DNA of 64,000 nucleotides from Bacillota bacterium (GTDB lineage: Bacteria; Pseudomonadota; Gammaproteobacteria; Natronospirales; REEB76), in assembly GCA_050261675.1 (NCBI GenBank), contig JBLNDO010000043.1, positions 3,219-67,218 on the forward strand, given 5' to 3'. The translations under genes and the position numbers were made by a program. The stretch's first letter is position 1. Each line of letters begins with the position of its first letter. The notes under the pieces were generated by a model. The model was not told the DNA's origin, searched no databases, and worked only from the letters and a program-made list of their open reading frames with translations. Shown piece by piece: positions 35,357-44,325 of this stretch.

Positions 35357-36087
35357 ACAGGGGACTCGTTAAACGTTTCGCCTGGCGCTGCCTCACGCTC
35401 GCCTGGCTCTGGTTCCTGGCCACGGCCGTGGGCGTCGCTTTCCGCGGCGTGGCGAACCCCGCACAAAGCGCCTTCATGCAGGAGAAGCAGCTGGAGATCG
35501 AGGTGCGGGGCCTGCACGCCAAACTCCAATACCAGTGGACCGATTACCAGGACATCGCCCCCTACATGCGCCTCGCGGTGGTGACGGCCGAGGACCAGAA
35601 TTTCCCCTACCACCACGGTTTCGACTGGGATGCGATCGTCGCCGCCCTGGAGCACAACGAGAAGAGCCGGCGCGTCCACGGCGCCAGCACCATCAGCCAG
35701 CAGACCGCCAAGAACCTGTGGCTCTGGCCGGGCCGCAGTTACGTGCGCAAGGCCGTGGAAGCCTGGTTCACCCTGCTGATGGAGGCGGAGTGGCCCAAGC
35801 GCCGCATCCTGGAGCTCTACCTCAACGTGGCGCAGTTTGACGACTACACCTTTGGCGTGGGCGCTGCGTCTCGCCAGCTGTTCGGCGTTGTGCCGAAGGC
35901 CTTGAAGCCCGAAGAGGCGGCGCTTCTGGCCGCGGCGTTGCCCGCGCCGGACCGCTTCGACGTGACGGACCCCTCGGATCATCTGGTCAAGCAGCAGGCC
36001 TGGATACTGGATCAAATGGAGGGACTAGGCGGTCCCGATTACCTCGACGTGATTGACCCGCCTTCACCGCTACCGAAAAAGCGTTGA
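35353..36087 (+). CDS. mtgA: monofunctional biosynthetic peptidoglycan transglycosylase
   Basis: AEDQNFPYHHGFDW..GASTISQQTAKNL..R.ILELYLN (GT51 motifs). Confidence 0.9.
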   Translation: MNRGLVKRFAWRCLTLAWLWFLATAVGVAFRGVANPAQSAFMQEKQLEIEVRGLHAKLQYQWTDYQDIAPYMRLAVVTAEDQNFPYHHGFDWDAIVAALEHNEKSRRVHGASTISQQTAKNLWLWPGRSYVRKAVEAWFTLLMEAEWPKRRILELYLNVAQFDDYTFGVGAASRQLFGVVPKALKPEEAALLAAALPAPDRFDVTDPSDHLVKQQAWILDQMEGLGGPDYLDVIDPPSPLPKKR

Positions 36088-36088
36088 A

Positions 36089-36952
36089 TCAGGTCCTCTC
36101 GAAGATGGCGATACCGCTGGCGCGGCGCATACGTTCACGTGCTCCAGGCATAAGCACCGCCTGCAGCGCGGCGATGAATTTGATGAATAGGGGAAGCTCC
36201 AGCCGCTTGAGTCGGCGTGCTTCGATGGGAATGGACAAAAAGCCCGCCGGCGTCCAGCCGAGCGGCCGGAAGAATTCCTGGCCTTCCGCCGGCGCGAACT
36301 TGAACGTCACGTTGTCGTTCTTGAGCATGTTCTTGCCGTGACGCCTTGCTAGGAACTGGAGCAATTGGGGCGAGGAAAGGTCCATGAGCCAGCGTTTAAA
36401 AGCCGTTGGCTGGCGCAGGTCTCTGGCCAGGGATTTCACCTCATCCGGGTCCAGGTAGACGAGCAGGCCCTCGGTGAGCACCAGTACCTTGTTGGCGGCG
36501 GCGCCGACTTTCGCGAACAGCGCGCGGCGTGCCTCCGGGTCCGCCAGGTCCGCCGCGTGGCGCTCCAGGCGGCAGAAGCACTTGGCATCCTTCAGGGCCT
36601 CGCGCTTGTATTCGATCATGGCCGGCAGGTCCGCCTCGACCCAGCGCAGCGTCGCCGGCAAGGCGAGCCGGTAGGGGCGGGTGTCGAGCCCGCAGGCGAG
36701 GTTCAGCACCGTGTCGAAGCCGTCTTCTTCCACGGCTTTCAAGATCAGCTCGTCCAGCACCTGCGTGCGCACGACGATGGGCCAGCCGGGCATGCCGATT
36801 TGCTTCGCGATCCCGGCGCCCCGCTCGCCGGCGAGCTGCTTCGCGTAGGGATCGTAGAACAGCGCGTCCTTCCGCTCGCTTTCCTGGGCGCGGTACACCG
36901 CAACCCAAAGCGCGGTGTCGGAGACGTTGCGGACAGCCGGTTCTTCAGCCAT
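36089..36952 (-). CDS. class I SAM-dependent methyltransferase (leucine-carboxyl / TIGR00027-like O-methyltransferase)
   Basis: VSDTALWVA.YRA.ES.R.DALF.DPYA..L; LACGLDTRPYRL; L..TEGLLVYL. Confidence 0.8.
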   Translation of the reverse strand: MAEEPAVRNVSDTALWVAVYRAQESERKDALFYDPYAKQLAGERGAGIAKQIGMPGWPIVVRTQVLDELILKAVEEDGFDTVLNLACGLDTRPYRLALPATLRWVEADLPAMIEYKREALKDAKCFCRLERHAADLADPEARRALFAKVGAAANKVLVLTEGLLVYLDPDEVKSLARDLRQPTAFKRWLMDLSSPQLLQFLARRHGKNMLKNDNVTFKFAPAEGQEFFRPLGWTPAGFLSIPIEARRLKRLELPLFIKFIAALQAVLMPGARERMRRASGIAIFERT

Positions 36953-37018
36953 GGGTATTCATGCCCTGGTTGGACGCGCAGAAGGTATCAGGAAAAAGCA
37001 ACGAGCGCCCCAAAAGGA

Positions 37019-37144
37019 AAGGGGTGCAAACTTTGTTGATGACGGGTCAGGGGTTCCGAAAGCCGGCCTGGGCAAGAGGGAGGGGCCCAGACACAGAGGG
37101 TTGGCACATTCGGTAATCCCGCCATCGTAGGGTTTGCACCCCTT
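37019..37144. other. 126-nt rod-like imperfect hairpin in a 293-nt intergenic region (candidate ncRNA, leader or MITE)
   Basis: 13-bp closing stem AAGGGGTGCAAAC/GTTTGCACCCCTT (37019-31 / 37132-44). 9-bp stem GATGACGGG/CCCGCCATC (37038-46 / 37118-26, one G-U pair if transcribed from the minus strand). CCGAA/TTCGG. Apical CTGGGC/GCCCAG hairpin. Confidence 0.35.
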
Positions 37145-37245
37145 AGACCGGTGACTTTGCGCCCCCGCCTTTCGACGGGTTTGCCGTTTTCGTGTGTCGC
37201 AAAGGATTCTAGCACCTAGGGACGGGAACACAACCGTGAACATAT

Positions 37246-38052
37246 TCACGTTTTTGACGAGATATCCCTCAGAAACTCGACCAATCCGAGCCGACGGCCC
37301 ACGGCCAGCGCGCCCTCGGGCCATAGGGCCTTCAGGGCCATGAGCAGCCGCACCGGTTTCGGGTTCACCACCACTTCGATATGTCGTGTATTTAACACAC
37401 GTAGCAAGGCCCGGGCCACGTCTCCCGGGTGGGAGGCGCCGATGCTCTTCGGCGGTGCCACCTGTTTGCGCGAGAACATGCCGGTCTCGTCCACGAAGCC
37501 GGGGCAGATCACCGATACCGCCACGCCCAAGTTCCGCAGTTCGGCGGCGAGGGAGATGCTCCATTCGGCGAGACCGCTCTTGCTGGCGGAATACGCGGCG
37601 CCATAGGGCATGCCGGTGCGCCCCGCGAGGGAGGCGATGTTCACCACGTGGCCGCTTTTCCGCTCCAGCATCCCCGGGAGCACTTCGCGGGTGAGTAGCA
37701 TGGGCGCGAGCAGGTTGGTGGCGATGATGCGTTCCATGGTCGCCGGGTCCTTCTCGGCGAAGAACCCGAGTTCCTCCACACCGGCGTTGTTCACGAGCAC
37801 GTCGATGCGGTGGAATTCCGTAAGTGCCCGCGCCGCAAGCGCGCGACGGTCGTTGGCGGCGGTCACGTCGCAGTGCTGCGCGAAGCGCTTGCCCTCACCC
37901 GGCAACGAGCGTATTACCTCGTCGAGCTTGTCCTGGTTGCGCGCCGCGAGCAGCAGGTCCGCGCCCTCGGCGGCGAGGGTGCGCGCCATGACCGCGCCCA
38001 GCCCCTGGGAGGCGCCGGTAACTACGATGGCCTTGCCGCTTAAGCTGCCCAT
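37246..38052 (-). CDS. SDR-family oxidoreductase
   Basis: VTGASQGLG, NNAG, and S..Y..SK motifs. Confidence 0.85.
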   Translation of the reverse strand: MGSLSGKAIVVTGASQGLGAVMARTLAAEGADLLLAARNQDKLDEVIRSLPGEGKRFAQHCDVTAANDRRALAARALTEFHRIDVLVNNAGVEELGFFAEKDPATMERIIATNLLAPMLLTREVLPGMLERKSGHVVNIASLAGRTGMPYGAAYSASKSGLAEWSISLAAELRNLGVAVSVICPGFVDETGMFSRKQVAPPKSIGASHPGDVARALLRVLNTRHIEVVVNPKPVRLLMALKALWPEGALAVGRRLGLVEFLRDISSKT

Positions 38053-38063
38053 GGAAACATCGT

Positions 38064-38091
38064 AAAAGAAAAACCCCGCTCCGCGGGGTTT
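38064..38091 (-). terminator. rho-independent terminator of the cytochrome c pair
   Basis: AAACCCCGC-TCC-GCGGGGTTT, with a U-run on the minus-strand transcript (plus-strand AAAAGAAAAA). Confidence 0.55.
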
Positions 38092-38114
38092 AACTCTCTT
38101 GTTTGGTTACCGGT

Positions 38115-38456
38115 TTAATCACCGGCCTTGGGGATCGTGCCCAGGGGGCCCGGCAGCCCGGACAGGTATTCGGCGATGTCCTTGATGTCCTGATCCGAGA
38201 GGTTCGCGGCCATGCCCTTCATGATGGGATTGCCGCGACCGCCATTCTTGTACTCATGCAGCGCCTGGATCAGGTAATCCTTGTATTGGCCCGCGAGGGC
38301 CGGGAACTGACCCGAGGTGCCGAGCGCGTCCTTGCCGTGGCAGGAGGTGCAGGGACCGCCCTGGAAGAGCTTCTCGCCGTTGGCGGCGTCGCCGTCGGCG
38401 AAGACCGCGGGGGCGGCGATCAAGAGAGCGGCGGCGAGGATGACTTTCTTGTTCAT
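38115..38456 (-). CDS. monohaem class I cytochrome c (c4-type domain)
   Basis: Signal peptide, haem site CTSCH, and GQYKDYLIQALHEYKNGGRGNPIMKGMA (c4-like Met ligand region). GAGGAG ribosome-binding site. Confidence 0.8.
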   Translation of the reverse strand: MNKKVILAAALLIAAPAVFADGDAANGEKLFQGGPCTSCHGKDALGTSGQFPALAGQYKDYLIQALHEYKNGGRGNPIMKGMAANLSDQDIKDIAEYLSGLPGPLGTIPKAGD

Positions 38457-38467
38457 GTTTCTACTCC

Positions 38468-38806
38468 TCACTTTCCGCCCGGGGCCTTGCCCAGGCTCTC
38501 GAAATAGGCGGCGATATCCTGCATCTGCTCGTCCGACAGGGAGGCGGCCTGGGCGTGCATGGTCTTGTGGCTGCGGTCGCCGGACTTGTATTCCTTGAGC
38601 GCCGCCACGATGTAGTCGGCATGCTGGCCCGCGAGCTTCGGCACCCGGTAGGTCGGGTATTCGGTGGTGTAGTTCGGGATGCCATGGCAGCCGATGCAGG
38701 CATAGGCATCGACCTTGCCCTTGGCGGGGTCGCCGCCGGCATGGGCAGAAAGGCTCACGCCAAGGGCGGCGGAGCCGAGGATCAGGGCGAAGGCGCGGAG
38801 GCGCAT
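38468..38806 (-). CDS. monohaem class I cytochrome c (c4-type domain)
   Basis: Signal peptide, haem site CIGCH, and GQHADYIVAALKEYKSGDRSHKTMHAQA. Confidence 0.8.
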   Translation of the reverse strand: MRLRAFALILGSAALGVSLSAHAGGDPAKGKVDAYACIGCHGIPNYTTEYPTYRVPKLAGQHADYIVAALKEYKSGDRSHKTMHAQAASLSDEQMQDIAAYFESLGKAPGGK

Positions 38807-38971
38807 CGGGAATCTCCCATTACTTGGAGGCGGGCGGGAATCTCAAGGGCGCCTAGGGTACCAAAACCGGGGGCCTTGCTGTAGCCGCCGCCCCGGTAAT
38901 AGGGCCCGGCTCCGCCGGGTCCTAGGGGCCTGAAGCCGGGATTTTTGGCAATATTCGCCAGGAGGTGACCG

Positions 38972-39370
38972 ATGGAGAAGATCAGGAAAACCGACGCCGA
39001 GTGGCAGCGCGAACTCACGCCCGAGCAGTACGCGGTGATGCGCAAGAAGGGGACCGAGCGCGCCTTCACCGGCAAGTACGTGGACAACAACGAGGCCGGT
39101 GTGTACCGCTGTGCCAGTTGCGGCAACCCCGTGTTCTCCTCGAATACCAAGTACGATTCCGGTTCCGGCTGGCCGAGCTTCACCGCACCCGCCGCGCGGG
39201 AGAACGTGGAGATGCACCACGACAGCAGCCACTTCATGGAGCGCACCGAAGTGGTCTGCGCCAAGTGCGAAGCGCATCTCGGCCACGTGTTCCCGGACGG
39301 CCCCGGCCCCACCGGGCTGCGCTACTGCATCAACTCTTGTTCCCTCGATTTCAAGAAGGGCGAGAAATGA
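38972..39370 (+). CDS. msrB: peptide-methionine (R)-S-oxide reductase
   Basis: [39 protein letters not shown]. Confidence 0.92.
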   Translation: MEKIRKTDAEWQRELTPEQYAVMRKKGTERAFTGKYVDNNEAGVYRCASCGNPVFSSNTKYDSGSGWPSFTAPAARENVEMHHDSSHFMERTEVVCAKCEAHLGHVFPDGPGPTGLRYCINSCSLDFKKGEK

Positions 39371-40086
39371 CCGAACTCTTGTTCCGCGACGATGCCTATG
39401 CCACCGAGTTCGAGGCGGTGGTCACGGGCGGCGTTCCGGGCCGCCCGGTACTGGACCGGACCTTGTTCTACCCGGAAGGCGGCGGCCAACCGGGGGACAC
39501 GGGCGTGCTCGTCCTGGACGATGGCCGCGAGCTCAAGGTGACCGACACCAAGAAGGGCGTGGAGCCTGGCGAGGTGGCCCACCTACTCGCGGACCCCGCC
39601 CTGCTGCTGGCGCCCGGGACCCAGCTCAAGGGCCGCATTGATTGGGAGCGGCGTCACCGGCTCATGCGCATGCACACCTGCCTGCACCTGCTTTCCGCCG
39701 TGATCATCGCGCCCGTGACGGGCGGGGCGGTGGGGGACGGCTACGGCCGCCTGGATTTCGATCTGCCGGAGAGCCCCGAGCGGGAAGAGGTGCAGGAGAA
39801 GCTCAACGCGCTCATCCGCCGCGACGCGGCCGTGTCCTTCCGCTGGATCACCGACGCGGAGCTGGACGCGCAGCCTGAATTGGTGAAGACCCTGTCGGTG
39901 CAGCCGCCCCGGGGCGCCGGGCGCATCCGGCTCGTGAACGTGGAGGATATCGACCTGCAACCCTGCGGCGGCACCCACGTGAAACGCATCGGCGAGATCG
40001 GCGAAGTGCTGATCGCTAAGATCGAGAAGAAGGGCAAGCAGAACCGGCGCGTGAGGTTGGAGTTTCCAGTAGCTACAATTCCTTAA
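39367..40086 (+). CDS. alanyl-tRNA editing protein (AlaX-like, tRNA_SAD domain)
   Basis: ATG overlaps the msrB stop codon. HTCLHLL zinc motif and CGGTHV motif. Confidence 0.8.
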   Translation: MTELLFRDDAYATEFEAVVTGGVPGRPVLDRTLFYPEGGGQPGDTGVLVLDDGRELKVTDTKKGVEPGEVAHLLADPALLLAPGTQLKGRIDWERRHRLMRMHTCLHLLSAVIIAPVTGGAVGDGYGRLDFDLPESPEREEVQEKLNALIRRDAAVSFRWITDAELDAQPELVKTLSVQPPRGAGRIRLVNVEDIDLQPCGGTHVKRIGEIGEVLIAKIEKKGKQNRRVRLEFPVATIP

Positions 40087-40113
40087 ATCGTTCGCCGGGG
40101 AGGGATCAAGACC

Positions 40114-40455
40114 ATGAGTTCAAACAACGGGCGCACCATCACCATCGTTGCCTACGTGCTGCACCTCCTGGGTGCCATGTTCGGCCTGCCCAGCATCATT
40201 GGGCTCATCATCAACTATGTGGTCCAGGGAGATCACGGCGAGATGATCGACAGCCACCAGAGCTGGATGATCAAGAGTTTCTGGTACGCGCTCCTGGGCT
40301 GCTGCATCTGCGTGGTGCTGGTCTTCACGGTGATCGGCATCCCGCTCGCCTGGCTGGGCGCCATCGCCATCTGGGTGTGGTACGTGTACCGCCACATACG
40401 CGGCCTCATCGACCTCGCCGAAAGCAAATCCATGTCGGCTACGGCCTGGGTGTGA
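40114..40455 (+). CDS. small three-TM membrane protein (DUF4870/COG3671-like)
   Basis: IVAYVLHLLG...IINYV..GD......SH..W.I.SFWY pattern. Confidence 0.6.
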   Translation: MSSNNGRTITIVAYVLHLLGAMFGLPSIIGLIINYVVQGDHGEMIDSHQSWMIKSFWYALLGCCICVVLVFTVIGIPLAWLGAIAIWVWYVYRHIRGLIDLAESKSMSATAWV

Positions 40456-40456
40456 A

Positions 40457-40488
40457 ATAAAAACCGGGTTCGAGGCCCGGTTTTTATT
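40457..40488. terminator. bidirectional rho-independent terminator
   Basis: AAAAACCGGG-TTCGAGG-CCCGGTTTTT between convergent genes. Confidence 0.6.
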
Positions 40489-40505
40489 TCGGAAGCGGTG
40501 GCGGC

Positions 40506-41723
40506 TCAGGACGCGGCTTTCATCCTGTCCATCTCTGCGAGCACCAGGGCGATGCGCTCCACCGCCCAATCGATCTCGGCACGGGTGATGACGAGCGGCG
40601 GCGCGAGCCGCACCACCGTCTCGTGGGTCTCCTTGCTCAGGATCCCCTGCGTCATGAGCCGCTCACAGACTTCCCGGGCGCGCGCCTGCTTGGGGTCGAT
40701 CTCCACGCCCACGAACAGCCCCTTGCCCCGCAGGCTCTTGATGAGCGGGCTCTTCAAGGCCTCGAGCTTCTGAAGGAGATAGGCCCCGAGTTCCGCGGAG
40801 CGTTCCGTCAGTTTTTCGTCCACGAGGGTATTGAGCGCTTCCAGGCCCACCGCCGCCGCCAACGGGTTGCCGCCGAAGGTGCTGCCGTGGTCGCCGGGAT
40901 GGAACACGTCCATCACCTCCCTGCGGGCGAGGAATGCGGATACGGGCAGTAGCCCGCCGCCCAGCGCCTTGCCGAGGATCAGGCCGTCGGGTTTCACGCC
41001 CTCGTGCTCGCAGGCCAAGAGCTTGCCGGTGCGGCCGAGGCCCGTCTGGATCTCGTCCGCGATCAGGAGCACGTTGTGCTTCCGGCAAATCTCGGCGCAT
41101 TTCCTGAGATAGCCCGCGGGCGGCACCACGATGCCGGCCTCGCCCTGGATGGGCTCCACCAGGAAGGCGGCGGTGTTCGGACCGATGGCCTTTTCGAGCG
41201 CCGCCGCATCGCCGTAGGGAACGAGTTTCACGCCGCCCGTGAAAGGCCCGAAGCCGTCCTTGTACTGCGGTTCGCTGGACATGCCCACGATGGCGATCGT
41301 GCGGCCGTGGAAGTTGCCGGTGCAGACGATGATCTCCGCCTGATCGGCGGGGACTTTCTTGACCTTGTAGGCCCACTTGCGCGCCGCTTTGAGCGCGGTC
41401 TCCACGGCTTCCGCACCGGTGTTCATGGGCAGGGCCCGGTCCATGCCCGTGAGCTCGCAGGCGCGCCGCAGGAAGGCGCCGAGTTTCTCGCTGTGGAAGG
41501 CGCGGGAGCAGACCGCGAGCTTTGCCGCCTGTTCTGTGAGGGTCTTGACGAGGCGCGGGTGGCAGTGGCCGTGGCTCACGGCGGAATAGGCGCTCATCAT
41601 GTCGAGGTATTTGTGCCCGGCGTCGTCCCACACGTGCACGCCCTCGCCGCGGGTGAGCACCACCGGCAGGGGATGGTAGTTGTGGGCGCAGTACTGGTTT
41701 TCCAGCTCGATGGTTTTGTTCAT
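40506..41723 (-). CDS. rocD: ornithine--oxo-acid aminotransferase (class III PLP aminotransferase)
   Basis: NYHPLPVVL..GEG..VWD..G..YLD..SAYSAVS.GH.HP; DEIQTGLGRTG; GDHGSTFGGNPLA. Confidence 0.85.
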   Translation of the reverse strand: MNKTIELENQYCAHNYHPLPVVLTRGEGVHVWDDAGHKYLDMMSAYSAVSHGHCHPRLVKTLTEQAAKLAVCSRAFHSEKLGAFLRRACELTGMDRALPMNTGAEAVETALKAARKWAYKVKKVPADQAEIIVCTGNFHGRTIAIVGMSSEPQYKDGFGPFTGGVKLVPYGDAAALEKAIGPNTAAFLVEPIQGEAGIVVPPAGYLRKCAEICRKHNVLLIADEIQTGLGRTGKLLACEHEGVKPDGLILGKALGGGLLPVSAFLARREVMDVFHPGDHGSTFGGNPLAAAVGLEALNTLVDEKLTERSAELGAYLLQKLEALKSPLIKSLRGKGLFVGVEIDPKQARAREVCERLMTQGILSKETHETVVRLAPPLVITRAEIDWAVERIALVLAEMDRMKAAS

Positions 41724-41823
41724 GGGGCGTCTCTATCGGAAAAGCGCGGGCAGAACGACTATTATACCGGCCCATCCAATCCCCCTTAACCCCCAAAACC
41801 CCGGCGAAAATGAGTCCCGCGCC

Positions 41824-42447
41824 GTGACCAGCCCGCGCCACACCGAAGCCTGCACGTTCCAGGGTCCCGCCGGAATGATCGAAGGGCTGCTGGATTTCCC
41901 CGGCGCCGCGCCGACAGCGGTCGCCGTGGTCTGCCATCCGCACCCACTGCAAGGCGGGAGCATGAACAACAAGGTGGCCTACATCCTGGCGCGCGCCTTC
42001 AACGACCTCGGCGCCGCGTCCCTGCGCTTCAATTTCCGCGGCGTGGGCAAGAGCGCCGGCGCGTTCGACTTGGGGCGAGGCGAGACGGCGGATGCGCTCG
42101 CAGCGATCGACTGGATGGCGGCGCGTCATCCGGGTCTGCCGCTCTGGCTCGGCGGCTTCTCCTTCGGCGCCTACGTCGCGTTGCGCGTCCAGAGCGAGCG
42201 GCCCGTCGAACGCCTTGTCACCGTGGCGCCGGCGGTGGAGCGCTTCGACACGAACATGGTCCGTGAGCCCGTCTGCCCCTGGCTCCTGGTGCAGGGCGAC
42301 GCGGACGAGGTGGTTTCTCCGCAAGCGGTGCTGGACTGGGTGCGCGGGCTCAAGAAGCCGCCGCGCCTCGAGCTGCTAGCGGGGGCCGGACACTTCTTTC
42401 ACGGAAGGTTAAATGAGCTGCGGGAGGCCGTGGTGCGCGGCTTCTAG
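41824..42447 (+). CDS. alpha/beta hydrolase (COG2945-like)
   Basis: Putative GTG start. VVCHPHPL.GG.M.NKV...A......G...LRFNFRGVG.S.G; nucleophile elbow GFSFGA. Confidence 0.75.
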   Translation: MTSPRHTEACTFQGPAGMIEGLLDFPGAAPTAVAVVCHPHPLQGGSMNNKVAYILARAFNDLGAASLRFNFRGVGKSAGAFDLGRGETADALAAIDWMAARHPGLPLWLGGFSFGAYVALRVQSERPVERLVTVAPAVERFDTNMVREPVCPWLLVQGDADEVVSPQAVLDWVRGLKKPPRLELLAGAGHFFHGRLNELREAVVRGF

Positions 42448-42517
42448 GGGCTTCCCGGACGGGGAAAGGGCGTTTTGTTAGACTGGACGGCGTTAACCGC
42501 CACTTTTTCCCAGGAGT

Positions 42518-43231
42518 TTGCCCATGCGTCGCGTCCTACTGGCCCTGGGGTTCCTGTCCCTGGCCACCAGCGCCTATGCCAACAACGACATCACCATCTC
42601 GGGTTTGAACCAGACCGATTTCAACGACCTCTCCACGGACTTGAGCGCGGTGACGAGCTACAAGCAGGTGCAGGGTTCGTCCTCCCTCGGCATCGCCGGA
42701 TTCGATGTGGGCATCAACGTGGGTGACACCCAGGTGGACCACAAGACGGCCTGGGCCGCGGCCACCGGAGACAATGTCTCCAACGTGCCGTTCTGGAACC
42801 TCACTGTGAGCAAAGGGCTGCCGTTCGGCTTCGACATCGGCGGCGAGTACAGCGCCCTACCTGGCTCCAACGTGAAGCTCTACGGCGTGGAGGGGCGCTA
42901 TGCCATCCTGGACGGCGGTATCGCCGAGCCGGCGGTGAGCCTGCGCCTCGCCTACAACCACATCACGGGCGTGGACAACCTCTCCTATAACACCAAGTCC
43001 CTGGATGTATCCGTGTCCAAGGGCTTCGGCCCCATTACCCCGTACGCGGGCGTGGGGGAAGTTTGGTTGAGCAGCACCCCGGACAGCTCTACCGGGCTTT
43101 CGAGCTTCAGCCAGAGCAACACGGATTTCTTCCTGGGCCTCACCTTCGAACTCGGCGTGCACATGGCGGTGCAGTACGACCATCTCGCCGGTAACAGCAC
43201 CTATACCGTGAAGTTCGGGTTTGGCTTCTGA
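42518..43231 (+). CDS. outer-membrane beta-barrel protein, function unknown
   Basis: Signal peptide, alternating beta-strand pattern, and C-terminal TVKFGFGF. Confidence 0.7.
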   Translation: MPMRRVLLALGFLSLATSAYANNDITISGLNQTDFNDLSTDLSAVTSYKQVQGSSSLGIAGFDVGINVGDTQVDHKTAWAAATGDNVSNVPFWNLTVSKGLPFGFDIGGEYSALPGSNVKLYGVEGRYAILDGGIAEPAVSLRLAYNHITGVDNLSYNTKSLDVSVSKGFGPITPYAGVGEVWLSSTPDSSTGLSSFSQSNTDFFLGLTFELGVHMAVQYDHLAGNSTYTVKFGFGF

Positions 43232-43306
43232 TCGTATGGCCCGTCGCCGGCTCCAAGCCGGCGGACGGGCATAGCTTCCATTTCTGGTCCCGGTGGTCTC
43301 CGCGAT

Positions 43307-43792
43307 ATGCAGATGTTCACTTCACTCGTCTCTTTCCTGGAACAGCGTTTCGCCCCGGTTCCCGGCGTACCGTCGGTCGCGCCGACCGATCTGCGCGTGG
43401 CCACGGCGGCCCTGCTCGTGGAGATGGCGCGCGCCGATTTCGACGAAGCCGAGGTCGAGTTGCAGAAGGTGGGCGAGCTTCTCGCCGAGCGTTACGGTCT
43501 GGAAGGCCAGGATGCGACGGCGTTGATCGCGGCGGCCCGGGCGGAATCGGATCACGCCGTCTCCCTGTTCCGTTTCACGCACCTCATCAACCAGCACTTG
43601 GAGATGCCGGACAAGCAGCAACTCATGGACATGCTCTGGGACGTGGCTTATGCGGATGGCCGCCTCGACAAGCATGAGGATGCGCTCATGCACAAGCTGT
43701 CGGACCTGCTGTACGTGCCGCTGCCGGACCTGATGCGTGCCAAGGAGGAGGCGAAGAAACGGCTGAAGGCGAGGAATAAAAGCAGAGAATGA
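43307..43792 (+). CDS. TerB-family (tellurite-resistance-like) protein
   Basis: A.LLVEMARAD....E...........L; WDVAYADG.LDKHED.LM.KLS.LL. Confidence 0.8.
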   Translation: MQMFTSLVSFLEQRFAPVPGVPSVAPTDLRVATAALLVEMARADFDEAEVELQKVGELLAERYGLEGQDATALIAAARAESDHAVSLFRFTHLINQHLEMPDKQQLMDMLWDVAYADGRLDKHEDALMHKLSDLLYVPLPDLMRAKEEAKKRLKARNKSRE

Positions 43793-43841
43793 ACCCGCCG
43801 GCAGGGGATGCCGGACTTTGGAACCGAGAACCATTCAAGTG

Positions 43842-43872
43842 CCGGAGCCGCGCCTCCCGGGCGCGGCTCCGG
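43842..43872. terminator. 12-bp-stem hairpin between convergent genes
   Basis: CCGGAGCCGCGC-CTCCCGG-GCGCGGCTCCGG. Confidence 0.5.
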
Positions 43873-43883
43873 TCCGGAATGGC

Positions 43884-44258
43884 TTACTTCACCATGTCCT
43901 TGAGGCCCTTCAGGGCCTGCACCTTGACCACGTTCCGGGCGGGCTTCGCCTTGAAGATGGTCTTCTCACCCGTGAACGGGTTGATGCCCTCACGTTCCTT
44001 GGTGGCGGGCTTGCGCACCACCTTGATCTTCATGAGGCCCGGGACGACATAGATGCCGGGGCCTTTCTTGCCCAGGCTCTTGCCGATCAGGCCCGCCAGC
44101 TCTTCGAACATGCCGGCCACTTGCTTGCGGCTCAGGCCGCAGGAATGGGCGAGGTACGCATAGGTCTCGGACTTGGTGAACGGCTTGTCGGCGGACACCG
44201 CCGGGGCCTTGGTGGCCTTGGCGGCAACCTTGACGACAGCCTTTTTCATCGCAGCCAT
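43884..44258 (-). CDS. HU-family DNA-binding protein with an N-terminal Lys/Ala-rich extension
   Basis: About 25-aa MAAMKKAVVKVAAKATKAPAVSADK extension, then the HU fold (..GINPFTGEKTIFKAKPARNVVKVQALKGLKD). Confidence 0.85.
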   Translation of the reverse strand: MAAMKKAVVKVAAKATKAPAVSADKPFTKSETYAYLAHSCGLSRKQVAGMFEELAGLIGKSLGKKGPGIYVVPGLMKIKVVRKPATKEREGINPFTGEKTIFKAKPARNVVKVQALKGLKDMVK

Positions 44259-44325
44259 TTAGGTCTCCTGGTAGATGGCGAGTGCAGATGCACGCGCGAA
44301 ATCTAGCACAGGCCGAAGCCGAATG

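Noticed and set aside
37005-37165. 7-bp direct repeat GCGCCCC on both sides of the 37.0-37.1 kb hairpin, considered as a possible target-site duplication of a MITE.
   Set aside because: The repeats are 7 and 14 nt away from the inverted-repeat ends rather than abutting them. Such G+C-rich 7-mers are also expected by chance in this genome.
40459-40485. GGTTCGAGGCC string resembling a tRNA T-arm.
   Set aside because: It is the loop region of an AAAAACCGGG/CCCGGTTTTT terminator hairpin between convergent genes. There is no acceptor, D or anticodon arm around it.
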